DNA of 64,000 nt from an uncultured Bacilli bacterium (GTDB lineage Bacteria; Bacillota_I; Bacilli_A; RF39; UBA660): the NCBI GenBank assembly GCA_934102255.1, contig CAKOSN010000004.1, forward strand, positions 29,911-93,910, given 5' to 3'. Position numbers and translations under genes: made by a program. The notes under the pieces are model-generated. The model was not told the origin of the DNA. It made no database searches and saw only the letters and a list, made by a program, of their open reading frames with translations. Position 1 is the stretch's first letter. Each line of letters opens with the position of its first letter. Shown one piece after another: positions 1 to 9,290 of this stretch.

Positions 1-555
1 AGTTATCCATATAAAGAGTTAAAAAATACTTCTTTTTATTCAAATAGATTACCATCTCGTTATATTTATAATGATTCAATGAAAGAATATATTGATTTGA
101 AAAAACAACCATTACAGTGGGTAGTATATGATGAAAATATAAACTTAATTGATGGAGCAAAAATCCATCCTTTAAGTTTAGTATTATCTTGTTGTAATGG
201 TGCTGGTGGAGGAGATTATTATGCATCTAATAATAATGATGTTGGTTGTTGGATAAAAAGTTCAAATAGCATTATTTTGTCTGACGAACTTAAAGAAGGA
301 TATAAAGCCTCTAATATATCTTTTAATGAGTTTAGTGAAAAAGAAAGTGATATAGAAATAATTATTGATTATTTAACAAAAAATTTTGAAATTACAAATA
401 TAAAAAAAATCGAAAAAATAAAATTTTCACCATCACTTTTTTTAGACAAAAATGAAGAAAAATATATTTTAGAACAATCTATCAAAAATATCAGAGAAAA
501 AGAATTAAATAAAAATATAAAAAATATTGAAGAAGAGCCAGAAATTGAACTATGA
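1..555 (+). CDS. hypothetical protein of the mobile element; probably 5'-partial
   Basis: The reading frame of the 79..555 ORF is open without a stop from base 1, so the gene may begin left of the window. I recognise no family. Confidence 0.4.
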   Translation, partial: SYPYKELKNTSFYSNRLPSRYIYNDSMKEYIDLKKQPLQWVVYDENINLIDGAKIHPLSLVLSCCNGAGGGDYYASNNNDVGCWIKSSNSIILSDELKEGYKASNISFNEFSEKESDIEIIIDYLTKNFEITNIKKIEKIKFSPSLFLDKNEEKYILEQSIKNIREKELNKNIKNIEEEPEIEL

Positions 556-770
556 AAGGAGAATATATTTTGAATAAAACTTTGGAAAAGAAAATAGAAA
601 AATTAGAAGGATTAAAAAGAAAAGAATTAGAAAAAATAGATGCTATTAATATGATAATATCCGATTACGATAAACAGTTAAAAATATTATACGATTATAA
701 AAAACAACAAGAAAAAATATATCAGATGCAACAAGTTTTGGATACTAAAATATTAGGTGATAGTCAATGA
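552..770 (+). CDS. small coiled-coil hypothetical protein
   Basis: 72-aa Lys/Glu-rich ORF whose start overlaps the upstream stop (ATGA). AAAGGAG at 555-561 also fits an alternative TTG start at 570. Confidence 0.4.
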   Translation: MKGEYILNKTLEKKIEKLEGLKRKELEKIDAINMIISDYDKQLKILYDYKKQQEKIYQMQQVLDTKILGDSQ

Positions 771-1714
771 ATATAATTCGTGAAAGAATATCACCAAATG
801 AATATACAATGTTAAATTTGGATATAAATATTGATGCAAATAAAGAACCTGAACATGATAATGTATTTTGGTATGGTGGCAATGTCGCTGATATAAAATC
901 TTCACAGGGAGAATATATAATAGCAGCAAGAGGAGTTGTTTTTTGTGATCTGATTGCAAAAAAAGACTATGTTAATGAATTGGGTGAAAAAATAAAAAAA
1001 GGAACAATAATAGCAAGTGTTAAAGATAAAAATGAATATGCTGTTTTTAAAGAAGTAATGTCGTCATATATAAAAGATGATAATGAATTGTCAGATATAT
1101 TGCTCGGAAATCATGATATATATGAAATGGATATTCATAATAATAATTGGTTTGAGTTATCATTTTGTGATAAAAATGGAGAAATAGAATATGATGATGT
1201 AATGGATGCTGATACATTAAAAGAGGCAATGAATGAAGCTTTGGATATAATTTGGGAACAAAACAAAAATAATAAATTGTATTCAATATATTGTCGTACA
1301 GATAGTAGTAATAAAAATGAAACAACAAATATCATTGATAATCAAATAAAAACTTGTTTATCCTCTATCAATAAAACTGCAAAAGAAAATACTGAATTAA
1401 TAAGAGTGTATTTTGATACATGTTCAGGTGCAGTTAATCATAATCATACATTTGGAAAAGTATTAGCTGATTTAAAAAATGACAAAATAATAGATTTATA
1501 TTCAACAAATATTTCTAGATTATCCAGAGATGTTAGAAGAATGATTGATATAAGAGAAATATTAAAAAATAGTAAAACAGATATTTATTTGAGTAGCGAA
1601 AATAAATATGTATATAAGCAAATATTTAATGAAATGACTATTCCAGATTTTTATAAAAAAACAGATAAAGAGATAGCAGAAGAACAAGAAATGGATGAGA
1701 TAGAATATGAATAA
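767..1714 (+). CDS. protein with an unknown N-terminal domain and a C-terminal serine-recombinase (resolvase) catalytic-like domain
   Basis: C-terminal half reads YSIYCRTDSS...FDTCSG...LYSTNISRLSRDVRRMIDIREILK...DIYL. This parallels the resolvase pattern YxRVS...D..SG...LDRLGRD...GV. Confidence 0.55.
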   Translation: MNIIRERISPNEYTMLNLDINIDANKEPEHDNVFWYGGNVADIKSSQGEYIIAARGVVFCDLIAKKDYVNELGEKIKKGTIIASVKDKNEYAVFKEVMSSYIKDDNELSDILLGNHDIYEMDIHNNNWFELSFCDKNGEIEYDDVMDADTLKEAMNEALDIIWEQNKNNKLYSIYCRTDSSNKNETTNIIDNQIKTCLSSINKTAKENTELIRVYFDTCSGAVNHNHTFGKVLADLKNDKIIDLYSTNISRLSRDVRRMIDIREILKNSKTDIYLSSENKYVYKQIFNEMTIPDFYKKTDKEIAEEQEMDEIEYE

Positions 1715-2654
1715 GCTCCCAAAAAATAGACAAGATTTAATTGATATGTATATAAAAAGCTTGGAAGAAGGAAATATTCCATGGGAGCAAATGTGGAAGA
1801 CTTCCATCCCTGAAAATGCTATTTCTGGAATAAAATATAGAGGGGTAAATAATTTATATTTATCATACATTGCTTATAAAAGGGGATATAAAGATAATAG
1901 GTGGATCACATTTAATCAAATGGAAAAAAAACATTGGAAATTTATTGACTCAGCTAAAGGTAAAGGTGTCCATGTTGAATGGTGGGCAATGAAAAATAAA
2001 AACAATAATAAAGTAATTAGTTTTGAAGAATATAATAAATTAATACAAGAAAATCCAGAAAAAGAAAAAGAATATAAAATTAGTAAAATGAGTTATATTG
2101 TTTTTAATGGGGATTTAATTGATGGATTAGTTAATGACAAAGTAGAACAAAAACAAGAAATTATTAGTAATGATTATATTCAAAATATTATTAATAATAT
2201 TGGTGTAGGATACAAAGAAGAAGGCGAAGAAGCTTATTATAGTCCATACGAAGATACTGTTGTTTTACCACCATCAAACAGTTTTAAAACGAACAATTCT
2301 TATTATGCTACACAGCTTCATGAATTAGCTCACTCAACAGGGCATGAGTCTAGGTTGTCGAGGAATCTTAAAAATAAATTTGGAACAGAAGAGTATGCAA
2401 AAGAAGAATTAAGAGCAGAAATTAGTTCTTCTTTTTTAATGCAAAAATTTCATTTAGAGGAAGATAAAAGACATTTGGATAATCATAAGAGTTATGTTAA
2501 AAATTGGTTGGAACTATTAAAAAATAGTCCACAAGAATTGTTTAATGCAATAACTGATGCAAATAAAATTGTTGATTATTTAGATGATAATAGTGTTAAA
2601 AAGGATAAATTTATAACGAATGAATTAGAACAAGAAATGGAGATGGAAATTTAG
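1707..2654 (+). CDS. ardC: ArdC-like antirestriction protein (N-terminal ssDNA-binding domain plus zincin metalloprotease domain)
   Basis: N-terminal PWE..W motif region followed by the HExxH site in QLHELAHSTGHESRL. The architecture is typical of ArdC/DUF1738 proteins on conjugative elements. Confidence 0.85.
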   Translation: MNKLPKNRQDLIDMYIKSLEEGNIPWEQMWKTSIPENAISGIKYRGVNNLYLSYIAYKRGYKDNRWITFNQMEKKHWKFIDSAKGKGVHVEWWAMKNKNNNKVISFEEYNKLIQENPEKEKEYKISKMSYIVFNGDLIDGLVNDKVEQKQEIISNDYIQNIINNIGVGYKEEGEEAYYSPYEDTVVLPPSNSFKTNNSYYATQLHELAHSTGHESRLSRNLKNKFGTEEYAKEELRAEISSSFLMQKFHLEEDKRHLDNHKSYVKNWLELLKNSPQELFNAITDANKIVDYLDDNSVKKDKFITNELEQEMEMEI

Positions 2655-3022
2655 TGAAAAATTTTAAAAATATATGTTTAGAACTAGATGATTTTTTTGA
2701 AAAAAACAAGGATGATATAAGTGTAAATCAATATCAAAGTTATTTAGGATTAAAAGAAGCAATAGGAACTAAATTTAATGAACTATCTTCTGATGAAATT
2801 AAATTTTTTACATCTTTATGTATTGAAAAAAGTGGGGATAGAATTGACATTTATGATTATTCAGCTGCAATAGCAACAGCAATTTATATAGATGATGTTA
2901 TTACATTAGATGAATTAGAAAAAATTTCTAGCGACTATATAATTGAGTGTTATGAAGATGATAGAATTTATAGGATAGGTGATTATGAGGAGGAATTAGA
3001 AATTGAATATGATAATATCTGA
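2654..3022 (+). CDS. small acidic hypothetical protein, tandem paralog 1 of 3
   Basis: GTG start overlaps the upstream stop. Shares blocks with the next two ORFs (QSYLGL, LSSDEIKFF, ITLDELEKIS). Confidence 0.5.
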   Translation: MKNFKNICLELDDFFEKNKDDISVNQYQSYLGLKEAIGTKFNELSSDEIKFFTSLCIEKSGDRIDIYDYSAAIATAIYIDDVITLDELEKISSDYIIECYEDDRIYRIGDYEEELEIEYDNI

Positions 3023-3353
3023 TTATAAAAAAATTAAAGAGTTTTGTGAATCATTTGAAAATTTTAATATATATAATTATCTATATTATATAGGATTAAC
3101 GAATGTTAAAGAGGATATTTCAAATGAAGATTTAACAATGTTGATTGAAAAATGTAATGCTCTCAGTGGCGAGTATACAGATCCAATTGAAGTAGGACAA
3201 TCACTTGCAAATGAGATATATGAGGAAAAAAATGTGTCGATAGATGATATAAAAATGTTGACGATAGATGAATTTTATAATTGGTATAATAATGGAAGAG
3301 AAATAGGGAATTCTCTTGAAATTTCTTCTTTAGACGAAAGAGAGGTTGATTAA
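3003..3353 (+). CDS. small acidic hypothetical protein, tandem paralog 2 of 3
   Basis: GAGGAGGA RBS lies 7 nt before TTG 3003 (alternative ATG at 3009). Shared blocks are YYIGL, ISNEDLTMLI and VSIDDIKMLT. Confidence 0.5.
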   Translation: MNMIISDYKKIKEFCESFENFNIYNYLYYIGLTNVKEDISNEDLTMLIEKCNALSGEYTDPIEVGQSLANEIYEEKNVSIDDIKMLTIDEFYNWYNNGREIGNSLEISSLDEREVD

Positions 3354-3684
3354 TTTGGATATATTTTTAATATATAAAACAATGCCAGAAATTCATAAAA
3401 ATAATTTAAAATCTTATTATATACTTCAAGGAATATATGATTGTTTTCCAAGTATCAGTGATGAAGATGCAAGATTTATTTATGACATTTCACTAAAAAT
3501 TAAAAATGAAAATATAAATCCTTATTCTATTTCTCATTACTTAACGGATCATTATACAAGAGGAAATCTAACAAAAAAAGATTTGGAAACAGCAACTTCA
3601 AACGAAATTTCTGAGGCAGTTTTTTATGATAGTTTAGACTATTTTTCATCATTAGAAGTTGATGAAAATGAAAAATATTATTAA
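3346..3684 (+). CDS. small acidic hypothetical protein, tandem paralog 3 of 3
   Basis: TTG start overlaps the upstream gene. Shared blocks are YILQGI, ISDEDARFIY and LTKKDLETAT. Confidence 0.45.
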   Translation: MINLDIFLIYKTMPEIHKNNLKSYYILQGIYDCFPSISDEDARFIYDISLKIKNENINPYSISHYLTDHYTRGNLTKKDLETATSNEISEAVFYDSLDYFSSLEVDENEKYY

Positions 3685-3734
3685 TGATTTTTGAAAAAAA
3701 TCTACTAACTGTCAGCGACTATTTAGTGGGTTTT

Positions 3735-3779
3735 AGGGATATTCCCTAACAAGCTTAGGGGTGTGTCAACACCATGCTT
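3735..3779. promoter_or_regulatory. candidate oriT / relaxosome binding region (two adjacent inverted repeats)
   Basis: AGGGA-tat-TCCCT at 3735-3747 and GGTGT-gtca-ACACC at 3760-3773, nested in AAGC...GCTT. It lies in the only sizeable noncoding gap directly upstream of the mob genes. Confidence 0.3.
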
Positions 3780-3840
3780 GATATATTATACAAGACTACT
3801 AAGTAACCTCACTTCTGAATATAAAAGAAAGGAGTTAAAA

Positions 3841-4392
3841 ATGGAATTTAAATCAATGGAGAAGTGGCGTGTTCAACAGAGGTTTAATTTAACTGATGAA
3901 CAATTTGATAATGTAGTTAAGAAGATAAAAAGAAGGCATCCGTTAGAAAGTTGGATTCACAGAAGAACTGCTTCTAATAGTGAGAAAGTTGTGTATATAA
4001 AATTAGAATGTGTGGAATGGCTAAGTGATGTATTTTTTAATAAAAAATATTATTTAGATGCTGATATTGAATTTTTTCAAAAACAAATTCAAAGATTGGA
4101 AAAGGAATTAAATATTGCACATCATGAATTTAGTTATCAAGATATTTCATTGTATGATTTAAGAGATTACTTTGGAAAAACAAAAAATACAATTGGTGTT
4201 GCTATTAATAGAATGGAAAAAAGAAATTCAATATCTTATAAATATATAAAGAATGGAAAGGTTATGATTTCAAAGGAAGGAGTTAAGTGGCTAACTGAAA
4301 ATTATTTTCGTAAAGTATATTTAAAAGAATTAGAGTTATATAAATTAAGTCTTCAGAAAGTGAAAAAGAAAATGTATGAACAATCAAAATGA
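3841..4392 (+). CDS. putative DNA-binding relaxosome accessory protein with an internal duplication
   Basis: AAAGGAG RBS precedes ATG 3841; the track start at 3763 lies inside the inverted-repeat region. Two similar segments are VYIKLECVEWLSDVFFNKKYY and VMISKEGVKWLTENYFRKVYL. Confidence 0.5.
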   Translation: MEFKSMEKWRVQQRFNLTDEQFDNVVKKIKRRHPLESWIHRRTASNSEKVVYIKLECVEWLSDVFFNKKYYLDADIEFFQKQIQRLEKELNIAHHEFSYQDISLYDLRDYFGKTKNTIGVAINRMEKRNSISYKYIKNGKVMISKEGVKWLTENYFRKVYLKELELYKLSLQKVKKKMYEQSK

Positions 4393-5176
4393 AAGATATA
4401 GTAAATTAAGAAGACAAAAAATTAATGTTATGCTTAACGAAGAAGAAAGAAGAATCATAACCGAAAAAGCTATCAAGTATGGATATGGAGATTGTTTAGC
4501 TGAATATATTAGAGCAGCATGTATTTATGAAAATATTTATATTGAAGATATAGAAGGAAAAAATGAGATTTGTAATTATATAAGTGATTTTATTCAAACA
4601 CTTAGAGAAATTTTATATGAACAAAAAGCTATTCTAAAAAATGTTTTGATTTCATCTCAAGCAGTAGAAAATATTAGTAATCAAAATAATCAAATAATTG
4701 AAATGATAGATATATTGTCTAGTTTAATTGTTGCAGTTTTATCAGTTAACACTGAAAAGAAAATTCAACAAAGAATGAGCTTGATTGAGAAGTATTCTCC
4801 AGATGAAAACTTTTTAAGAAGAGTAATTAAAAAGGATAAAAGTATTTATTTAGTAAGACCTTCAAATTTACAAGTTCCAAACATAAAAAATAAGTATATA
4901 GTTTATTTAAAAAATAGTTATGTTGATTTTGATTTGGATAACTTAAACATGAATGTGTTTGAAGAACAAGTAAATGCTTTTCGTGATGTAGCAATGAAGA
5001 AGAAGGCATTGTTATCTTTTTATAGAGAAAATAATAAATTAGAATGTTCAATAGTAATTGGATATGATGATTTAGAATCAGCAAGAAGATGTGCAAGTGA
5101 GATTAAATCAAATGTGTATTGTTATAATAATGAAAAATATGAATGGACTGGTGATATTTATTCCAGCAACAGCTAG
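4376..5176 (+). CDS. mobC: MobC-like mobilization protein (N-terminal ribbon-helix-helix) with an unknown C-terminal domain
   Basis: RRQKINVMLNEEERRIITEKAIKYGYGDCLAEYIRAACI matches the MobC pattern (basic stretch, then v.lt..E...l...A...g.s.s.yiR). It sits immediately upstream of the relaxase. Confidence 0.6.
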   Translation: MNNQNERYSKLRRQKINVMLNEEERRIITEKAIKYGYGDCLAEYIRAACIYENIYIEDIEGKNEICNYISDFIQTLREILYEQKAILKNVLISSQAVENISNQNNQIIEMIDILSSLIVAVLSVNTEKKIQQRMSLIEKYSPDENFLRRVIKKDKSIYLVRPSNLQVPNIKNKYIVYLKNSYVDFDLDNLNMNVFEEQVNAFRDVAMKKKALLSFYRENNKLECSIVIGYDDLESARRCASEIKSNVYCYNNEKYEWTGDIYSSNS

Positions 5177-6839
5177 ATGGGCAGTTCACGGAGTTCAGGG
5201 GAGAATCAAATGTATTGATTATATTAAGAATCCAGAAAAGACTATGGGTGGTAAGTTGGTTACAGGTATAAATTGTTCGGCTGAATTAGCTCCCTATGAT
5301 ATGTTAAGAAATTGTCAAAAATTTAATATAGAAGAGGACAATGATAGTAGAACTTGTTATCATGCTTATCAATCATTTGATCCAAAAGAAAAAAATTTAA
5401 CTCCTGAAGAAGTGCATCAGATGGGTATAGAACTTGCAAAAAAATTATATCCAGATTTTCAAGTAGTAGTCTGCACCCATGTTGACCATTTACATTTGCA
5501 TAATCACTTTTGCATATCAGCCGTAAATCTAAAAGGTAGAAAATTGGAAGACAGATTATCAAATCCTGTTGAGGGGTTATATGGATTAAGAGATGTAAGT
5601 GATCAAATTGCCTTAGAGCATGGACTTCATATAATTGAAGATGCCCCTAAGATTGGTCATTACCATAAGAATAAATATTTATACGACATTGCTAATAAAT
5701 CATGGAGAAAGCAGATTGCAGAAATGATTGATACATTAAAAGATAAATGCTATTCTTTTGATGAGTTATTAGAGCAACTTGCTTTAGAAGGATACTTAAT
5801 TAAGCATGGTAAAAACATTCGTGTAAAACCTTACGGAAAAGAAAGATATGTAACAATGAAAATATTAGGTGATGATTACAGTGAAGAAGCTTTGAAACTA
5901 TTTTTTAGAGAAAAAAGAAGAAACCAAAAAGTTATTAATTTTGAAGAATATAAGTTAAATGTCAATGATAGCGAAATTTTAAATATATATGACCAATTAG
6001 CAAGATTGTCCAAACATTCAGTTTTATATACTATGCAGAATTTGGATTCTAATTCAGATTATTATAAATATTACAATTCTCGTTATTTAGAAGTAAAGCG
6101 TTATCATCAATTAGTAGATACTATTAACTTTTTAAATAACCACGAAATATATAACTATAATTCATTAGAAAATCAAATTAGAGAAATAAAAAATGATATT
6201 AAACAAAAAGAGGAAGAATATCAATCATTACTATCTAAACATGAAACATTACAACTTAGGATTCCATTATGCAATTTATATATAAAATATTTGGATGATT
6301 ATAATGGATATTTAGAACAACAAGATATTTATCCATCTGGTGCTGAATTGCCTAATGAAGTAAAAGCCTTTTTAGATATAAAATCAGAATTAAATGTTGA
6401 AACCCCAGAAGAGGTAGAGGAAATTATTTCAGAAGCAAATAGGATGAAAATAGATATGAACAAAAGATATGCTTATTTATCTTATTTAAAAAATAAAGCC
6501 AGTGAATTAGAAAAAATAAAAGGCATTTCATTAGAGAGTGAAAAGGGATATATTAAAAGTGTATCCATTAGCAAAAATATGATTGATGAACAACGCTCAT
6601 CTTTAGATAAATATTGCATTCGTATTCCATATAGTGAATACTTTTTTTATGTTCCCAAAAAGAGTGTTGCGTGGATTAGTTATGATACCAGAGGAATTGT
6701 ATATTTAGTAGATGATAAAGAATATGCTCTATATGATCAATATGATAAAGAAATAGAAAGAGTCAATGGAGAAGAAATAGAAAAAATATCAAAAGATGAA
6801 AAACAAAAAGTAAATGAATATTATAAAGAAAAATATTGA
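5139..6839 (+). CDS. relaxase / mobilization nuclease (MobA/VirD2-type domain)
   Basis: Histidine triad CTHVDHLHLHNHFCISAVN and N-terminal IDYIKNPEKT are typical of Firmicute relaxases. The start is uncertain (GTG 5091, ATG 5130 or ATG 5139) and overlaps the mobC end. Confidence 0.8.
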   Translation: MNGLVIFIPATARWAVHGVQGRIKCIDYIKNPEKTMGGKLVTGINCSAELAPYDMLRNCQKFNIEEDNDSRTCYHAYQSFDPKEKNLTPEEVHQMGIELAKKLYPDFQVVVCTHVDHLHLHNHFCISAVNLKGRKLEDRLSNPVEGLYGLRDVSDQIALEHGLHIIEDAPKIGHYHKNKYLYDIANKSWRKQIAEMIDTLKDKCYSFDELLEQLALEGYLIKHGKNIRVKPYGKERYVTMKILGDDYSEEALKLFFREKRRNQKVINFEEYKLNVNDSEILNIYDQLARLSKHSVLYTMQNLDSNSDYYKYYNSRYLEVKRYHQLVDTINFLNNHEIYNYNSLENQIREIKNDIKQKEEEYQSLLSKHETLQLRIPLCNLYIKYLDDYNGYLEQQDIYPSGAELPNEVKAFLDIKSELNVETPEEVEEIISEANRMKIDMNKRYAYLSYLKNKASELEKIKGISLESEKGYIKSVSISKNMIDEQRSSLDKYCIRIPYSEYFFYVPKKSVAWISYDTRGIVYLVDDKEYALYDQYDKEIERVNGEEIEKISKDEKQKVNEYYKEKY

Positions 6840-6862
6840 TAAAAAAGAAAAGGAGAAAACAA

Positions 6863-7137
6863 TGAATATAGAAAAAATAAAAGATCATATAAAATATTTA
6901 AGAGAGGATAAATATAATACAGAATTTTATGTTGCTTTATTAGCTTATGATATTTTTGAATTTGATGAAAAAGAGATAACAGAAGAGATAATAAATAAGA
7001 TATTTGAAATAGAAGATAGATATGATTCCATATATAATGAGGAACTTCGTGATGAACTGAGGAGAGAAATAGAAGAAAATCAAGAAATAGAACTAGAAGA
7101 GAAAATAGAAAAGATGGAGGAATTTTATGATAGATGA
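6863..7137 (+). CDS. small acidic hypothetical protein
   Basis: AAAGGAGAAAACA-ATG at 6863 is a better start than the track start at 6814. The protein is Glu-rich. Confidence 0.45.
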
Positions 7138-7318
7138 AAAAGATGAAATTCAATTATATTATTTAATTTGTGATATTTCTAAAATATGTAAAAAATATTT
7201 TTATAATAGAAAATATTTACCACAAGATGCATGGTCAACTGAAACAGTAGTTAAATCAATTTATCAAAAGTCAAAAGTATTAAATAAAAAATATGATGAA
7301 ATTAAAAAATGTAAATAA
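7127..7318 (+). CDS. small hypothetical protein
   Basis: 63-aa ORF overlapping the upstream stop, on the same strand as the operon. Confidence 0.35.
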   Translation: MIDEKDEIQLYYLICDISKICKKYFYNRKYLPQDAWSTETVVKSIYQKSKVLNKKYDEIKKCK

Positions 7319-7367
7319 AAATTAGTATATTAATATAATGATTTTATTTTAAGAAAGAGGGAATAAT

Positions 7368-8042
7368 ATGAATCCACTATATGAATTAGATGTAAAAAAA
7401 TTCAAAGAAAATTATGATTTAGGTGAATTTTGTATGCTTGAGTATTTAAAAGATTATATTCCAAATGATTTAGAAGATTTATATACGGATGCCATGAATT
7501 ATAATGAAATTTTTTGCAATGATTGGACTATCAATAAGTTATTCGAAATGGGGAAAGAAGATAATTATTGGATAAGTAAAGCTAATAATTTTATAAAAAA
7601 ATATAATGTTCCTAAAGAAGATTATGGAGAGCATCAAAAATATTTTGATAAGTATATTGAAATTAGAGATAAACTTCTTGACGAACTAGGATTAAGTCGT
7701 TATATAAGTGATGATTTATCTATTGATATGATTTCAACTACTGGATTACTTGAAGGAGAAATTGTTACTGAAATTAAAAGTATGAATTTAGTTAATTCTT
7801 ATACAGTAGCAAGAGCTATTAGTTTTGGATATTGTGTTGAACTTCACTATAACGAAGGTGAATCTACGATTGAGTATGGATACAAGATTACTCATGATTA
7901 TTGGGAAAGTGAAGTTGAAGAAATAACTTGGTTTAACCTTGATATGAAAGATGATGAAATACTTAATAAATTATTTGAATTATATGATGAACATTTTGGA
8001 ATAGAAAAAGAGCAAGAAAAAGATTTAGAAATAGAAATGTAA
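7368..8042 (+). CDS. acidic hypothetical protein
   Basis: AGAGGGAATAAT-ATG RBS and a clean 224-aa ORF. The protein is strongly acidic. I recognise no family. Confidence 0.5.
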   Translation: MNPLYELDVKKFKENYDLGEFCMLEYLKDYIPNDLEDLYTDAMNYNEIFCNDWTINKLFEMGKEDNYWISKANNFIKKYNVPKEDYGEHQKYFDKYIEIRDKLLDELGLSRYISDDLSIDMISTTGLLEGEIVTEIKSMNLVNSYTVARAISFGYCVELHYNEGESTIEYGYKITHDYWESEVEEITWFNLDMKDDEILNKLFELYDEHFGIEKEQEKDLEIEM

Positions 8043-8098
8043 CTTGTTGTAAATTTTTTCTGTTTTGTGGTATAATAGTCAGCCGATAGGGGGACTTT

Positions 8099-8395
8099 AT
8101 GAAAGATTATAAACAAATACTAAAAGAAGTAAACAATACTATAACTAGCAATAAGATTTTTTCAAAACAAGATTTTGAAAAAATGAGTGATTATCTTTTT
8201 ACTATGAAACAACCTTTAGTTTTTTCAGAACCAAATTCTATTGAATATTATGTTTATTTTGCTATTCAAAATACTTCTCTATATTTAGATAAATGTAGAA
8301 ATAAGAATATAAATTGGAATGTATCTTACCAGAAATTAGGAAAAAAGATAACAAAATATTGGACTAAGGAGTACAAAAAGTTTAGTCTAGCATAG
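8099..8395 (+). CDS. hypothetical protein
   Basis: Extended -10 (TGTGGTATAAT near 8065) and a GGGGGA RBS precede the ATG. A hairpin terminator follows. Confidence 0.45.
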   Translation: MKDYKQILKEVNNTITSNKIFSKQDFEKMSDYLFTMKQPLVFSEPNSIEYYVYFAIQNTSLYLDKCRNKNINWNVSYQKLGKKITKYWTKEYKKFSLA

Positions 8396-8425
8396 ATTGT
8401 TACTGGATTAGTATTTATGTATGGA

Positions 8426-8455
8426 AGCCACTTTAATTATTAAGTGGTTTTTATT
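8426..8455 (+). terminator. rho-independent terminator
   Basis: CCACTT (8428-8433) and AAGTGG (8442-8447) form a stem followed by a T-run. Confidence 0.55.
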
Positions 8456-8476
8456 TGCATGAAAGGAAAGAATAAA

Positions 8477-9211
8477 ATGAAAAAACTAAAAATTTTTTTG
8501 TTATTGATATTATTGTCTTCTTTAATATATTGTGTTTTTGAAATATACCAAATATATAAAGAAGAAAAAAATACAGCAGATATAAAAGAAGAACTAATTG
8601 AATTAGTTGATATTCCTGAAAATATAGAAGAGGAATCATCTTTTAGTGTAAATTTTTCAGAATTACAAAAAATTAATCCTGATATTGTGGGGTGGATTTT
8701 AATTGATGGAACTCAAATTAACTATCCAATTGTTCAAGGAAAAGATAATTCATATTACTTGAATCATTCTTATGATAAAAAATGGAGTGGCTTTGGTAGT
8801 ATTTTTATGGATTATTCTTCATCAAAAAATTTTTCTGACTATAATACATTTATATATGGTCATCATACAAAAAATGGATCTATGTTTGGAGAAATATATA
8901 AATACATGAATAAGTCTTTTTATGATGAACATCCGACTTTTAAATTATATACACCAGATGGAAATTACAATGTTAAAGTATTTAGTTCTTATGTTGCTGA
9001 TACTGAATCCGATTCATATAATCAAAATTATTCTTCGTTGGAAGATTATAATGATTATTTGAATTATATAGTATCTAAAAGTAATTATAAAACGAATATA
9101 GAGGTTAATTATATTAAAGACAAAATAATAACTTTATATTCGTGTTCGAGAGAAGGAAACTGGAATAAAAAATCAAGATATTTTATACATGGAATTCTTG
9201 AAAAATACTAG
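8477..9211 (+). CDS. srtB: class B sortase
   Basis: Signal anchor, then INPDIVGWI..GT.INYPIVQGKDNSYYLNH, FIYGHH and TLYSCS (TLxTC-like active site). The track start at 8444 lies inside the upstream terminator; AAAGGAAAG precedes ATG 8477. Confidence 0.8.
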   Translation: MKKLKIFLLLILLSSLIYCVFEIYQIYKEEKNTADIKEELIELVDIPENIEEESSFSVNFSELQKINPDIVGWILIDGTQINYPIVQGKDNSYYLNHSYDKKWSGFGSIFMDYSSSKNFSDYNTFIYGHHTKNGSMFGEIYKYMNKSFYDEHPTFKLYTPDGNYNVKVFSSYVADTESDSYNQNYSSLEDYNDYLNYIVSKSNYKTNIEVNYIKDKIITLYSCSREGNWNKKSRYFIHGILEKY

Positions 9212-9290
9212 TAAAAACAATGATTTTTAAGGCAAAATATGATATAATATAATTAGTTAAAATTGCTTTTGCAGAAAGTGAGATGATTAT

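Noticed and set aside
753-1870. Minus-strand ORFs 753..959, 1047..1328, 1135..1335 and 1562..1870
   Set aside because: All are antisense to the co-oriented element operon. They have Tyr/Leu/His/Phe-rich nonsense composition and no RBS.
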